Assembly: GCF_009914755.1 (NCBI RefSeq)
Contig: NC_060927.1
Length of the DNA stretch: 64,000 bases
Strand: one strand, 5' to 3'
From: the human T2T-CHM13v2.0 reference genome, Homo sapiens
Both the position numbers and the translations under genes were made by a program. This document shows, piece by piece, positions 14,695 to 27,890 of the stretch. The stretch's first letter is position 1. Every line of letters starts with the position of its first letter. The notes below the pieces were generated by a model. That model saw only the letters and a program-made list of their open reading frames with translations, was not told the DNA's origin and ran no database searches.

Positions 14695-14969
14695 CAAGTA
14701 GGGGAATTAAGAAACGTAAGTAATTAATGATAGGAAACATTAGCAACAAATGTTATAGTTCAATCCAATAAGAACATTCTTTCAATGGAGAAAATATTAA
14801 AAACTGACCCTTACTAGTACTTTTTAGCTAATTTTTAACAATAAAAGAGGTGTCTGCATGACATAAGAATTCATCTTATTTGTATTTCTTAGAAATCCAT
14901 TTTTCTCATTAGTCAAGTTAAATATAGCACTTATTGTTATGATTATTATTTGGTTATACCTCTTCAATA

Positions 14970-15220
14970 ATAATGTTTATCATTATAAGCTAGATTTTTG
15001 AGCCAGGTACTTTAACTACACTATTGCATTTTAATCTTATTTAGTCCATCTGAACCATCCTGTAAGGTTGGTGCTGTCGCCCCTATTTTATAGAAGAAAG
15101 TGTGGTCAAGTGACTTTGGTCACTCCTCAAGTCACTCCCTATACAGCTGGCAAAGGCAGGCTGGAGACTTGCTGGAGTCTGCTTTCATCTTCAGCCTGCA
15201 CTCTTTCCACCTCACTCCAC
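14970..15220 (-). mobile_element. MIR
   Basis: ccatcctgtaaggttgg...ccctattttatagaagaaa...aagtgactt. Confidence 0.55.
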
Positions 15221-16439
15221 TACTTTCCTCAAACATTCTTCTGACCTGACCACTTCTGGAACCATTAAAAGTAACTAGCCATTAAAAGTTAAATCTAACT
15301 CAAGGATTGATGGTCTCTCAGACAAACGTGGGCTAATAAAGGTCATGACTTGCTGAAGATCATATAAATGTTTTATTCACCTGGACAGAGTCCATGATGA
15401 GGGGCAGAGTTTACAAATTTCATGACATTTTCAGCTGTAGAAGTGGCTTGAACAATCTCCCATTGTGGAATAACAGAGTCGAGGGAAAAGTTTAAGCCAA
15501 AACAATAATTTCCCCCAAACTTCTTGAGTTCACTCATATCTGTGCCTCTGGTCTTCATTTTCAGAATGATTTGGGCACTGTCTGCAGGTCACCCTAGTAC
15601 TGTGCTTGCCGAACCTCGGCTTAACTCTCTGAGAGGGAGGGACTGCAAGAAAGAAACCAGAGGAAGGACTGCGCAGGGAAACTTATTCTAAACTTTGAGG
15701 CAGTCCCTGGTTACATTCAAATCCACTGGACAGTCCCCTCATATCTCCACTCCTTGATCCACGTTTTCAGCACAATCTCAACATCTAGTTAGAGATGGAA
15801 AGTTGACAGAAGTATGAATAGTTTTGTGTTTTTTCCTTGTGTATACATGCTTGCATACACACACACACACGCACACACGTTGTGATGAAGTAAACACTGG
15901 ATAAATATAATTTCCTCCCTATAATTTGCAAACTCAGCAAGGAGTATGCACATATTTCACAACTGATAAAAATCATTTACACATTTTTCTCTCCTCTCCC
16001 ACTGCTTTCTCACAGAGGTCTGCATTACTCTAACTCTGCTGCATTTCATAAAGCAACAAACAAAATTAAAACCTAGAACAAGAGAACAGGCATATTTAAG
16101 AGCAAGTGGTAGAAAAAGAAAAAAGAAAACAAATTTTTTTAATTGGTGTACTTATTATTTTCAGAAGCAAAATGATTTAAACAGAGGAACAGATAAAAGC
16201 ATCTCACAGTCTCAAAAGACCTATTTGGGCTATTCGTAAATTTAATAATTATGCATATGTAAAAATAATAAATATTCAGGTGCTTGGTCCATTTAAAGCC
16301 ACAAATTTATTTTTGAAAAAATACAATCCAAAATCTTTAAAACTGACAATAACAATATAAACTAATAGAGCAGGTTACTCTAGAATATTTTATAAAGATT
16401 CCTAGCAATAGATAACAATAATAACATGAATACCACTGT

Positions 16440-16630
16440 CAACAACAATGCCTGCCATTCAATGGATACTTAATCAGACAAGGGACTAAGGGCTTTAAAT
16501 GAATAATCTCCTGGAATCATCAGACCAACCCAATGACGTAGGTATTTTTCTTATCCCTATTTCACGGATAAAGAAACTGAGGCTTAGGGAAGTTGAATAA
16601 TTTAACTAAAGAGCAGCATTGGGACTCAAA
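16440..16630 (-). mobile_element. MIR
   Basis: gtaggtatt...atccctatttcacggataaagaaactgaggcttagggaagtt. Confidence 0.7.
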
Positions 16631-16669
16631 ACTATTTATGTCTTAAACACTATGCTAAAACCAAAATAG

Positions 16670-16934
<265 letters not shown>

Positions 16935-17362
16935 CCTAATAACATTTAAATGAGTTAAACTGGCTTGTAATCACAAATATTTTGAGACAATCACCTTCTA
17001 GGAGAGGCAAGAAATTTGACAACGATAGCAACTTCAAAAAAAATAGCAAACTTACATGATGGTGGAAATTTGGAAGAGAGTGGACTATAAATATGTTAAT
17101 TCCCAAGGAAGAGGAATACCAAAGGAACTCCTAATTAAAGCCTGAACCTCTCAGTAAGGAAAATTCCATCAAAGGTTTTCCCTGATTGTTTTTTGGAATC
17201 TATATGTCTGAACTAAAAATCTTCCGCATTCTACTTTGTTGTCCATATATTAAATAATATCACATAAAGCATATTATATGGAGTATTTGGAAAAAGTATG
17301 TATGTAAACTGTAACTTTCTAGTCACATTAAGAACATAAAAGTTTATAACCCTGGACCGTAC

Positions 17363-17518
17363 CTTGGTCTTCATAAACTTGGAGTGACTTTTGTAAACCT
17401 CAATTTGTTTGATCTCTTCTTCGCGGTCCTCAGTGTTCAGCACACCATTGGCTTTTAACATCTGGATCTCATCCTCAAGATCCCTTATGTTTCGTTCCAA
17501 TGAAGCGATTTTTGTGTC
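17363..17518 (-). CDS. ERC2: ERC2 internal coding exon (156 nt, DTKIASLERNIRDLEDEIQMLKANGVLNTEDREEEIKQIEVYKSHSKFMKTK)
   Basis: Long polypyrimidine tract then ttaccaacag|GAC, donor ACCAAG|gtacgg. 52 codons, phase 0/0. ERC-family coiled coil within ORF 17231..17581. Confidence 0.97.
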
Positions 17519-19166
17519 CTGTTGGTAAAGAAGAAAAGAAAAAGAAAAATAAAGAATAAAAATTATTTTTAAGATCATCAAAACAGAATTTAAGAAAGTA
17601 ATTTTGGTAGTGCTGTCACATATTAACCATGGTATAGACAGCCCTGAATTTAGGACAACTTATTTTTTTTCACAGCTGAGGGTCATTTGTGAGATGATAG
17701 TTTAAGCTCCCAATCAAGACCATGTGTCAATACAATACAGAGAATTATCTAGATATGTTTATCTAATATCTGGGAATCAAATTACCAAAGCAACAGTGAT
17801 AAAAGTAATCTAAGTGTTAAAAAACAAAACAGAACACCATTTAAGTGGACAGATTTTAATCTGGGATATAGTTTACCTGTGTATATTTTTGAATCTACTT
17901 ATAAACACAAAAACAGTTTATGTGTATATTTTATGGCTGGTTTTATAAGGCATGTTTGGAATTTGACTCTGAGAGAGAAAGAAATTCAAATCTACTAATG
18001 GGAAAAAGGATTCTCATCTAAAATACAGACGTAAGTGAAACTAAATAACTGAATCTTGACTTGGTATGACTGATACACTAAATATTGAAAATTTATAGTG
18101 ATTGGAAATAATACATCACAATGTCATAATTTATTTGGCGAGCAGTCAGGTCCCTACATAACAAAAAACATGACTACCTTGCAGGGCAGTTCAACCTATT
18201 GATTTATGGAGCCAACAACTAGAAATATTACACTCAGATGTGGAATTAATTGGGAAAAAATTACCAATGACAGACTCTATACACAAGGTAGAGCATTAGA
18301 AACAATGCATTAGAAAGTAGAGAAGAGAGAGCTCTTATAGGGTAACCAAAACAAAACAAAAAAAATGACGAAAAATTTTTCCACAACAGTAAGTATTAGG
18401 CTTCAATCGGTCTTTGAAATGAAAGTTTGACACATCGAAAACTGACTTCAAGTTTTCTCAGTGTCCCATCTGCCTGCCATTTTACTGCACAGAGTTAAGG
18501 AGCTCATATTAAATGTATAACTGAATGCTAATACAGAACAATCTATCAACTTTTTTAACCAATTCATTTTCTCAGAATCAAAAAGACTAAGAACTCCAAA
18601 AGTAAAGACAATGAATAGGCTATTCTATTTATAAGTAACTCATTTTTAAAAACCTTGCAACAAATGTGTCTGTCCTGATTTTGTGGCTATTGTCTACTTT
18701 ATTTTCCTATAATCTATGCCCAGTGGTATATCTCCTATGGCAATATAGTAATTATCATTGTTATTATCATTAACATTGTCATCATGTTAAAAGGAGGAAA
18801 AGAAGGAGCAGTAAATTTATGCAACTCTATTATGTACCAAGAACTGAGTGCTCTAAGTTCTGTAGATACTTTTATTAATTCTCAGAAAAACTTCAAGAAG
18901 ATGAAATAAAAAGATTTTGAAAATTCCAAGATTATTAGGAAATGGAACATTCTGTAGTATTTCATTTTCCTTTAAAAATAATACCTATTGTATTTTTTCA
19001 GTTATAAAAGCAATATACTTTGAATTCATAGAAAATGGAGAAAACCTCTAATCCTACTGTCTAGAAATAACCACCATTAATGTTTTCATGTATATTCTGC
19101 CAGTATTTTTCTATTTAGATGCCATTTCTGGAAATATTGTATACTACCAGTTTAAATTCTGAAAAG

Positions 19167-19543
19167 TGTTATGGACTGAATGTTGAGTTCCCCAGAAATA
19201 TATATGTTGAAGCTCTAACCCTCAATGTGATGGTATTTGGAGATGGGGCCTTTGGTGGGTAATTAGGATTAGATGAGGCTAGGAGAGTAGGGCCCTCAGA
19301 ATGGGATTAGAGCCCTTATAAGAAGAGACACCAGGAAGCTGCTCACTCTCGCTCTCTCTACCAAGAAAGGACATGGGGAGAAGGCAGCTATCTATAAGCC
19401 AGGAAGAGAGCCCTCACCAGAACCTTATCATGCTGGCACCCTAATCTCGGCCTTCTAGCCTCCAGAACTGTGAGAAAAACAAATCTCCATTATTGAAGTC
19501 ACCCAGTCTATAGTACTTTGCTAAGTCAGACAAGCTCACAAAC
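19167..19543 (+). mobile_element. MLT1A-type MaLR solo LTR
   Basis: tgttatggactgaatg...gtgatggtatttggagatggggcctttgg...gccaggaagagagccctcaccagaa...gcctccagaactgtgaga. Confidence 0.88.
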
Positions 19544-19545
19544 AT

Positions 19546-19752
19546 AGGTTCAAGCAATTTTCATGCCTCAGCCTCCCGAGTAGCTGGGATTACCAGCCTG
19601 CGCCACCAAGTACAACTAATTCTTGTATTTTTAGTAGTGACGGGGTTTCACCATGTTGGCCAGGCTACTCTCGAACTCCTGACCTCAAGTGATCCACCCA
19701 CCTCAGCCTCCCAAAGTGTTGGGATTAAAAGTGTGAACCATTGTGCCCAGCC
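19546..19752 (-). mobile_element. Alu fragment lacking its 3' end and tail
   Basis: Begins mid right arm (ggttcaagcaatt) and runs to the Alu 5' end (gcccagcc). Confidence 0.9.
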
Positions 19753-21674
19753 AATATTTCTGTTCTTATATAACAAGTCAGTTTCAAGGGCAAAAGAGCT
19801 CATATCTCACATCATGAGCACAGGGAAAAGTAGGTAGGAGAATATCATTAGGATTCAAAGGAAAACTGACACAAAAAATACAGATATATCAGATGGTTTT
19901 GGGTTGTGCCCAAGAAGATATTCAAAACGCCAAACCAGAGAAGGACAGAGGGAATATAAGCATGAAAATAAAAAGCAAGTAAAATGGCTGGCATGTCTAC
20001 CGCTTTTCAACTGCATCAGTCCAAAGAATTTAGAGGGAAGGAATTTTATCATTTTCTTTTTTAAAAATCGCTAACACTAAGATACATGACTAAAACCTAA
20101 TCTATGTAAGGAGTACTATGGAAGTCCATATCAAGTCCTGATGTGGCTGAATGTGACATACGGATGTTGAGATGCTAAATGCACATGGCTCAGAAACTCG
20201 ACGCGCTAATCTGGAATAGAGAAAAAAAATACATATATGAAGACATATGTTGTAACTTCCAGAAAAGTGGAGTTTCAGAAAGTAAAGCAACATTTTACGC
20301 CCTAATCGCCAAAGAGCTTTCTTCATCTGAACATTTTTACAAGTTATTTATGACTGATATTTTAAAACAATATATGTAGTGATTTTCAAACACATATCTT
20401 GATTATATTTCACAAATAAACAAGCTCTGGAAGCAGATAATCGTGGGCCTTCCTTAGAGACGGGGAAAGTGAAATATAATGTAGAGTAGCTTTTCCCAAA
20501 GTTCACAGAACCCAAATGCTCCATGAAAAGGGGATTGCAGGGTCAAGTATGTTTGAGAAATGCTTGTTAGGAATTTTCAATGCGCATTAACATAAATGGC
20601 TCTGGAAAGTCCTGAAGCAAAATATTCTATTTAATTTTATTTATCACAGTATTACTGCCTCTAGAAGTCAATTCCTGAAAAAAAATTTAGGCTTGTAATG
20701 ATCACATTAAGCTCTGGGTAATATTACTAAATTGAAGAGTCAAAACAACAATTTGGATTCTTCAAGGGAAAACTTGCCACAATCATCCCCAATTTAAAAT
20801 GAAGGGGGGGGGCGCTAAATATCTAGATCAGCCTGCCAGCTTCTGTCACTCAAAAGTGGTTTACTGAGCTCCTGTTCTAAGCCCAGCACTTAAGACAACA
20901 TCAGTGAAAGAACAGACATGGACCCCCATACTCCTGGAACTTAGCACCTCACGTCTCAGGCAATAGTTTTCAAACAGTCTCGAGATAGGGCAACCATGAA
21001 ATTGTTTTGTCTTTATATTATATTTTGGTTATGGATTGTAAAGATGTAGAAAAAAATTTTCAGGGAAAAAATAAACATCTAAACAATGTTTGCTTCAGTT
21101 AGGAAAAAAGATCTCAATTGAGTGTCTCTTTTCAATCATTTCTTTCTACACATTCATAAAATAATACTTATAAAAATTTGATGCATAAATTGCAGATCAT
21201 AGCTTCTAATTAAAGATTCATACCCAAGACTATTTTACATCTACCATCTCAAAAAATGCAAAATAGGTATTTGATGGGCAACTAATAAATAAAACACTGG
21301 AATTGAACCCCAGAAGCCATTTACCCACTAGGCCCACCGCACTAATGTCTAAGCCAGCCTTAAATACTAGCACTAGCCCATGACGGCTATAGTTATAGAA
21401 ATGAGGATGAAAGTGGGATGGGAAGATTGAAATAAGTTTATTTCTTCCTTTTCTCTCTCTTTTTTTAAATCTATCTCTAGATTTCTCTAGAACATGTGTG
21501 CTATAGATTAATAGTAAACTTAGACAAGGAGTTCTCTCATTCATTCATTAATTCAACAAATACATAGGGCACCTATTGGGAACCAGTCACTTTGCCAGGT
21601 GAGTAAGATACCAGGTAGATCTCAAGAAGATCCATGGGCATCCTTCCCTCTCTAACATGAAGGACAGCCTGGAT

Positions 21675-21820
21675 CCATGCTACTCAAAGTGTGGTCACAG
21701 ATCAGCGGCACTGACATCACCTGGGAGCTTTTTCCACTTGCAAAATCTCAGGCCCCAACTCAGAACTATTGAATCCAAATCCATATTTTCACAAGATCCT
21801 CGGGTGATTCGGGTGTTCTA
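21675..21820. mobile_element. MER5A (hAT-Charlie)
   Basis: ctactcaaagtgtggtc...catcacctgggagctt...tgcaaaatctcaggcccca...acaagatcc.cgggtgatt. Confidence 0.8.
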
Positions 21821-24800
21821 AATGACTGTACATGTCCAGAAGACACAAGGGCCAAGACTGACCAATGCAGAAGACACTAGGGTAACTCTATTTTCCAAAT
21901 ACATTTAGAAAAACATGAATCTAGTTTCAAGAGCCATCCAACTTAACATTAAGTGTACAGCAACCCTGGGAGTAAATTTTCTGGAGTATCTTTGCTAGTC
22001 AGGATGCCATTAGTACTCTTTTTGTGTTTTCAAACAGTATGTTCCCCTTAAACAGCAAGAAACAGATTTCAATCCCTCTCCAGGAACTGTGAATACTGAA
22101 ATGGTGAGTGGGTGGAACATCAAAAAGAAGCAATATCATTTAGTCACAAAAAGTAACAATTATATTATTGCTGAGTGTCACAATGTGCTTTCCTTTTAAA
22201 TACCGTGAGAATTACTGGTTTCATTTTAATATCAGGCCAAGAAAGAAGACATAAGCAGTTTTTACAGAGCATTGAATTCACTGTGATCACATATTGGTCT
22301 ACGGACATTGATCAACAAACTTAGGGCCAATATGGTTTTTAAAAGATGTGATCTAATGTTCAGGAAACATACCTACATAATTATATTACACTTTATTTAG
22401 AATAAAATTTGAAACTGTTATTACTGGATACCACAGAGGCTCTTAACAGCTTAACTTTAAAAAATCATCTAGTCATAGCTGCAAACACAACTGAGCAGCC
22501 CTGGATCTTAGGCTACCTGAGTAAGGCCCTGCCTTGGGAAGGATTTACTGTGTGGGATGACCGTGGTTATATGAGCCCAAGTTAGACACTCCAGAAAGAA
22601 GTTGACTTAGGCCTAAGACATATTAGTAAAAAGAACGAATACCAAAAAAATCAAAAACTCGCCTTCTTGGGCCTTGTCAAACTATAAAAGGTGATGACCT
22701 AGATTAGAAAATGACATGAGAATTAGATGGTATCTAATTCTTTATGGCAAAATGTACAAGCACAGAAAAGGTTGGACTAGATCAAATGAAAAGCAACTAG
22801 GGTGCTTTGATGTTTCTTTTCCTGGTCTTATTTGCCTGCTTCTGACTCATTCTTCATGAAACCCATGCCCTTGGAACACATCCTTCCTGTCATCCTGTCT
22901 CTGTGCATATTACTAAGGACTCATGAGCAGATGTGTCTCTAGTGGTTCTTGCTTGACACTGTGTGATCTTTGAAGTTATGATCTCCATATATTAATTTGT
23001 TCTTGTTGTTAATGGACTCAGCTCTAAGAAAAAGAGCTAAATCTAAAGCAATCCAGACAGACCGCACATGAAGATAAAACATCTGACCTTTACAGAGTCA
23101 CAAACCTGGATGCAAATCCTAGTTCAGGCTTTTACAATAAGACTATGCTCCTGAGTATGTTAAGAAAATTACAAGTGAGGTATAATGCATACAAAGTGCC
23201 TATCACAGAGCCTACCCTAAGAGAGTGAAAAGTTGTCATTATTATCATAAGCCAAAAACAATGTAGTAAGTCCCTACTAATTCCCCAGTTGTTACTTACA
23301 CAATTAGAAGACAGCTTCCATTTTTATTTCATCCTGTTAAACTTTCTGAGCATGTTCCTAACCTTGCTAATCCTATAACCTAAGTTTACTACAAGAATTA
23401 AATGAGTGGCTACATGGAAGTTTCCAGAATAACAGCTAAAACACAGTAGTGCTCAATAAATGTTAGCGTCCCTCTTGTTTCCAGCTATCGCACATATCTA
23501 TTACTTTTTTGGTCTGCCCAGCTTCCTTTCCTTTTGGGAACTGCATCTTCGCAACATCCCCATGGTTTTAATAGAGTTTTAAATTGTGTGGCCCTGCCCA
23601 GAGACAGGTACCATGGGTCTTCTGAACACAATGATTGATTCAGGGGTAAACTTTTAACTCTAGGAAGGCCAATCAGAGTTCTTTTAGGGGACTAACATTA
23701 ATCCAGAAGAGAAAAGATCTCTCTCTTATTTTCTGAGTAAGGAAAATGAAAAAAAAAAAAAAAAGAAAATAACCGCATGACTGGATGTGGCCTTCTTTGA
23801 TATCATGTATTGAGAACCTATCTGAATGATTGGGCCCTTATAACATCATTTGAACAGCTATATATAGCTACATTTGAACCATCCACTCTCCAGAATACCA
23901 AATATGAGAGTAAGTTTTCTGTTACTTATAACAGAAAAAATATAATGCACAAGTGATAGCGTGAAAGGTAATGCCAAAATATGTAATGTTCTATAAGTCT
24001 ATATATAGAGAAGTCAGGAATGGGTAAGATTGCCATAGCAGAGTCAAGAAATCTCCAGAAGGCACAGGAGCCTAACGTGGGGTTTGGAGATGAATAAAAA
24101 TAATATTATCACAGAGAAGATGAAATTCTTTCCAGTTAGAAGTAATAATACATACAAAATCAAGAGCACTCAGCATGTGCCCAGGATATAATATTTAATA
24201 AATGTAAGTTTAAAGAAAAACAGAATGAATACAGAGCATGTATGTATCAAGGAAGAGTAGAATACAGAATTGTTCAAATAATATAGATCATGTTTAGCTG
24301 CTGAGGAGTTGGAAATGAAAGGAAGGTGCTGCAGAATGATAATCAGTCTTCAGAATCAAGCTAGGAATTTGTACTAGGTTCTGAAAGCGAGTCATATACT
24401 GGTAAATAAGAAGGCAACAAGATAGTCTTTGGGCAGTTAGTAATAAAACCAGACGCCGAAATGAAATTTGAAAACTGTGGAGACGACAAAACCATCACTT
24501 AGTGGTGAAAGAATTCTCAGACATAGTTGAGAATCAAGGATAGAGAAAAGGGTAGAAGAATCACCAAAAGAAAGAGGGGCAAAAATCATGGAAATTATGG
24601 AAAAGTCCTAGAAAATGAGTGAATAGTTTTAAGAAGGAAGAGGAGTCAAAGGTTTGAAGAGCCTAAAGACTAAGAAAAAAGTTAAGATGGCATTGGTGAC
24701 ATGAGGGTAGTTTCATCGGAGTTGTGTTGCCATAATTGGAAACTGAACCCCAGTGTTTTAAATCCCATGGAGCCAGGAGTGATTCCCGAGTCACTCAACA

Positions 24801-27274
24801 ACCAGTATGGAACAGACTCAGATCCCCACAAGACGGACACCTCCTGAAGCACTGGAACCAGGTCTGGGAAGTCACTGCAGGGCCAAGGATTAACTCTTTA
24901 GTAGCTGAATTTGGGGACCCCTAGGTAAGGGGTGGAGTTGGGTGCAGGGTACTCTGAGGGTTTGGGGTAGCTGTAGAAGTGTTGCAATATTTTAGCAACC
25001 AATGTAGCTGTACCTGTGCCTCTCATCTGAGTATTGGCCCTGCAAAGAAAACTGCTTCAGTTAATGTCAAGAGCTTTCTACATCCCTAGTGCATGGAAGG
25101 GAGCACTGGCTGATTAAAAATCATTTCCATGTGCCTGTAACACACACTAAAGCAAAGGTTCCCTAATGCCAACCTGAACACTAACTGCATCAAAATCATC
25201 TAGAGAGTGAGCAAAAAACTACTGATGACTTAGTTTCACCCAAGGACATTCTCTTTTGGAGGATTGGGGAACACAAAAATCCATATTTATTTGTAAGCTC
25301 CTCAGCTTGGGGGTAAGAAAACAAACAACAACAAAAAAACAATAGCTGCTATGTATTGATTACCTACACAAGCACTGTGCTAGGAAATTCTCATTTAATA
25401 TTCCCCATAATCCTATGAATTAAGGATTTATTTTACCCATTTAACAGGTCAGAAGACTTACAGATGGTAAATAACTTGCCCAAGGTTTCCCCCTGGGTAA
25501 ACTGGAATCGTTCCCTCAATAGATAGGCCTGCCTTGAATAGAAGACAGGAGGCCACATATTGGGACCTTGCTGTCCACAGGCCAACCTCAGAAGGGACTG
25601 GCTTCAGAGAATGTATGCTATTCTGGTTCTTTCTTCCACAGTAATTTTAGCCTCTAAAGATCACCGAGCAAGGTCAAAAGAAAAGAGTAAAGAGGCTGGG
25701 GAGAGAGGAAAGGGAGGAAAAAATTTTCAGAAACTGCTTCCAGATGAGTGGGCAGTCCCTCCATGTGTGCAGGGCCATCCCCTCAACAATGGGTTGCATG
25801 TCATCTTTCATGTACATCTAAATGGAAAGAGGGTTTGAATTCCAGCTGCCCATCCTGAGAATGCCAGCAATTCAGGGAATACTACTTTGCAACACAGTGA
25901 ATGCATTTTAGGGAGCCTAAAAAGATGGACATCTGACCACTCCATTTCTCTTCCAGTGTTCTTTAGGAAAAGATTGAGTGAGGAAGCTCTCTCTCCTTGT
26001 TAGCCTTCTAGCAAGCTGAACTTGCTCTTCCCGTTCCTTTTAACCCACTTCCTGGTTGGGTTTGGTGTCTCCTCTTAGAATCTCCGAAACATACCACAGA
26101 TCATTCTACATTCAACCAGTTTGTCTCATGGAAAAAAAAAAAAAAGCAACAGGCAGCAGTGGAATTCAGGCCACCCCAAGTCACCAATGTGGCCTGATGG
26201 ATGTGGAAACTGGACCATGCCTCAGGGATGAGGCATGTGATGGTTGGTATGCTGTCATTACTGAAACCTGAAAGGGGAAGTTCACATGAGGCCTGTGGTT
26301 GACTTCTCAACCCTGCTGGCAGGGGCACACGCCAGTAAGGAAATTGCAATCCCTAAATAAACGGTAGGCTGGGAACCTGAGCACCAGCAAGGGAGAGGGC
26401 AGGGACTGCTGGCCTGGGCAGGGCTGGCCAAGATGGAGCAAACAAAGCTAAGATTTAAACTTTGCAAGAATGTCATGTCAATTCAGACTCCCCAGGAGGG
26501 CCCCCTGAGAGTCCAAATTGCCAGTCATCAAGCCTCAGACTTGGCAGAATTTTTAAAGTAGGACAGTTAGTCCAATCCCTTCATTTGTCAGATAAGAAGA
26601 GTGAGAGCCAGTGGGGACAAGTGACTTGCCAAATGCCCAATAGCCAGAAAGCTAAGTTCCTAGGTCATTTATTATCCCATAGACCTCCTGAGACTTGCTA
26701 TTTTTTCTCCACTGTTTTCTCCTTTCAAAGACACTTTTAAAGTCTTTTCAACATGCAAACTATGTGTGTATTCAGAGCTAAGACTCTCTCTGCCTAAAAT
26801 AGGCTTATTTAGTTCCTTCTCTCTGGTGGTCCTTGCTCAAAGGCACAACCTCTTTTTTACAGATAAAACTCAATTTTCAAACTCAAAGGGAAGAGATGGA
26901 GAGGCAAAGGATTCCTTGATCCTCTATTATGTGCCAGGATTTTCCCATGCCTTAACTCATTTTAATCCCCACCACAACCCGTACAGGCTAGTATCATGGA
27001 CCCATTTCCCAGATGGGAAAGCTGAAGCATAGAGAAGCAGTAAGCAGCAAGCAAAATTCTCAATTTCCATAAATAACCTAACCTTCTCCTCTTTGGAACC
27101 TTCTCAGTTCAGAAAAACAAAAAAAAAACCAAGAATTTAAAAAATAGGGCATTTTCAAGATTTCTGATTATGGCTTTTCTTTTAACAAACTTGTTTTTTT
27201 TCAAAATAATAATTCCTGATCATTTCTATGTTTAGAAAAAAGCACATTATTGAAAACATGAAAATTTAGGGGAG

Positions 27275-27703
27275 TGATATGGTTTGGATCCGTGTCCCCA
27301 CCCAAATCTCATGTTCAATTGTAATCCCCAATGTTGGAGGTGGGGCCTGCAAGGAGGTGACTGGATCATGGAGGCAGTTTCTCATGAATGGTTTAGCACC
27401 ATATGCTGGATGCTGTCCTCACAATAGTGAGTGAATTCTCATGAGATCGAGTCATTTAAAAGTGTGTGGCACCCCCCCACCCCACCTGTTTTGTGCTTTT
27501 ACTCTGGCCATCTGACTGTGACTCCTCCCTCTTCAACTTCCACCATAATTGTAAGTTTCCTGAGGCCTCCCCAGAAGCCAAGCAAATGCCAGCATCATGC
27601 TTCCTCTACAGCCTGCAAAACTGTGAGCCAATTAAACCTTTTTTCTTTATAAATTAGCCAGTCTTTGGTATTTCATTATAGAAATGTGAGAATGGAATAA
27701 TAT
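27275..27703 (+). mobile_element. MSTA-type MaLR solo LTR
   Basis: tgatatggtttggatccgtgtccccacccaaatctcatgttcaattgtaatcccc...tgtgagccaattaaacct, flanking gggag repeat. Confidence 0.9.
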
Positions 27704-27890
27704 GGGAGGAAAGAAGAGGAAAAAAATCCTTTATAATCTCTCTTCCCAGAACAAATGTCAACATTTTAGTACATTTTCCCCGAAGTTGTTATTCTACATT
27801 GATAAATATAACCTTTTTACACATTAAGAATACTAAACCTCTAAACTACTATAAACCTTAAAAATACATTTCATAGTTGGTTATTTTGCG

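Noticed and set aside
15955-16030. KQWERREK on the minus strand, reminiscent of AQWEELKK in the ERC1 cassette exon
   Set aside because: Only a 3-residue match, out of frame with the nearby acceptor and with no donor. Likely chance.
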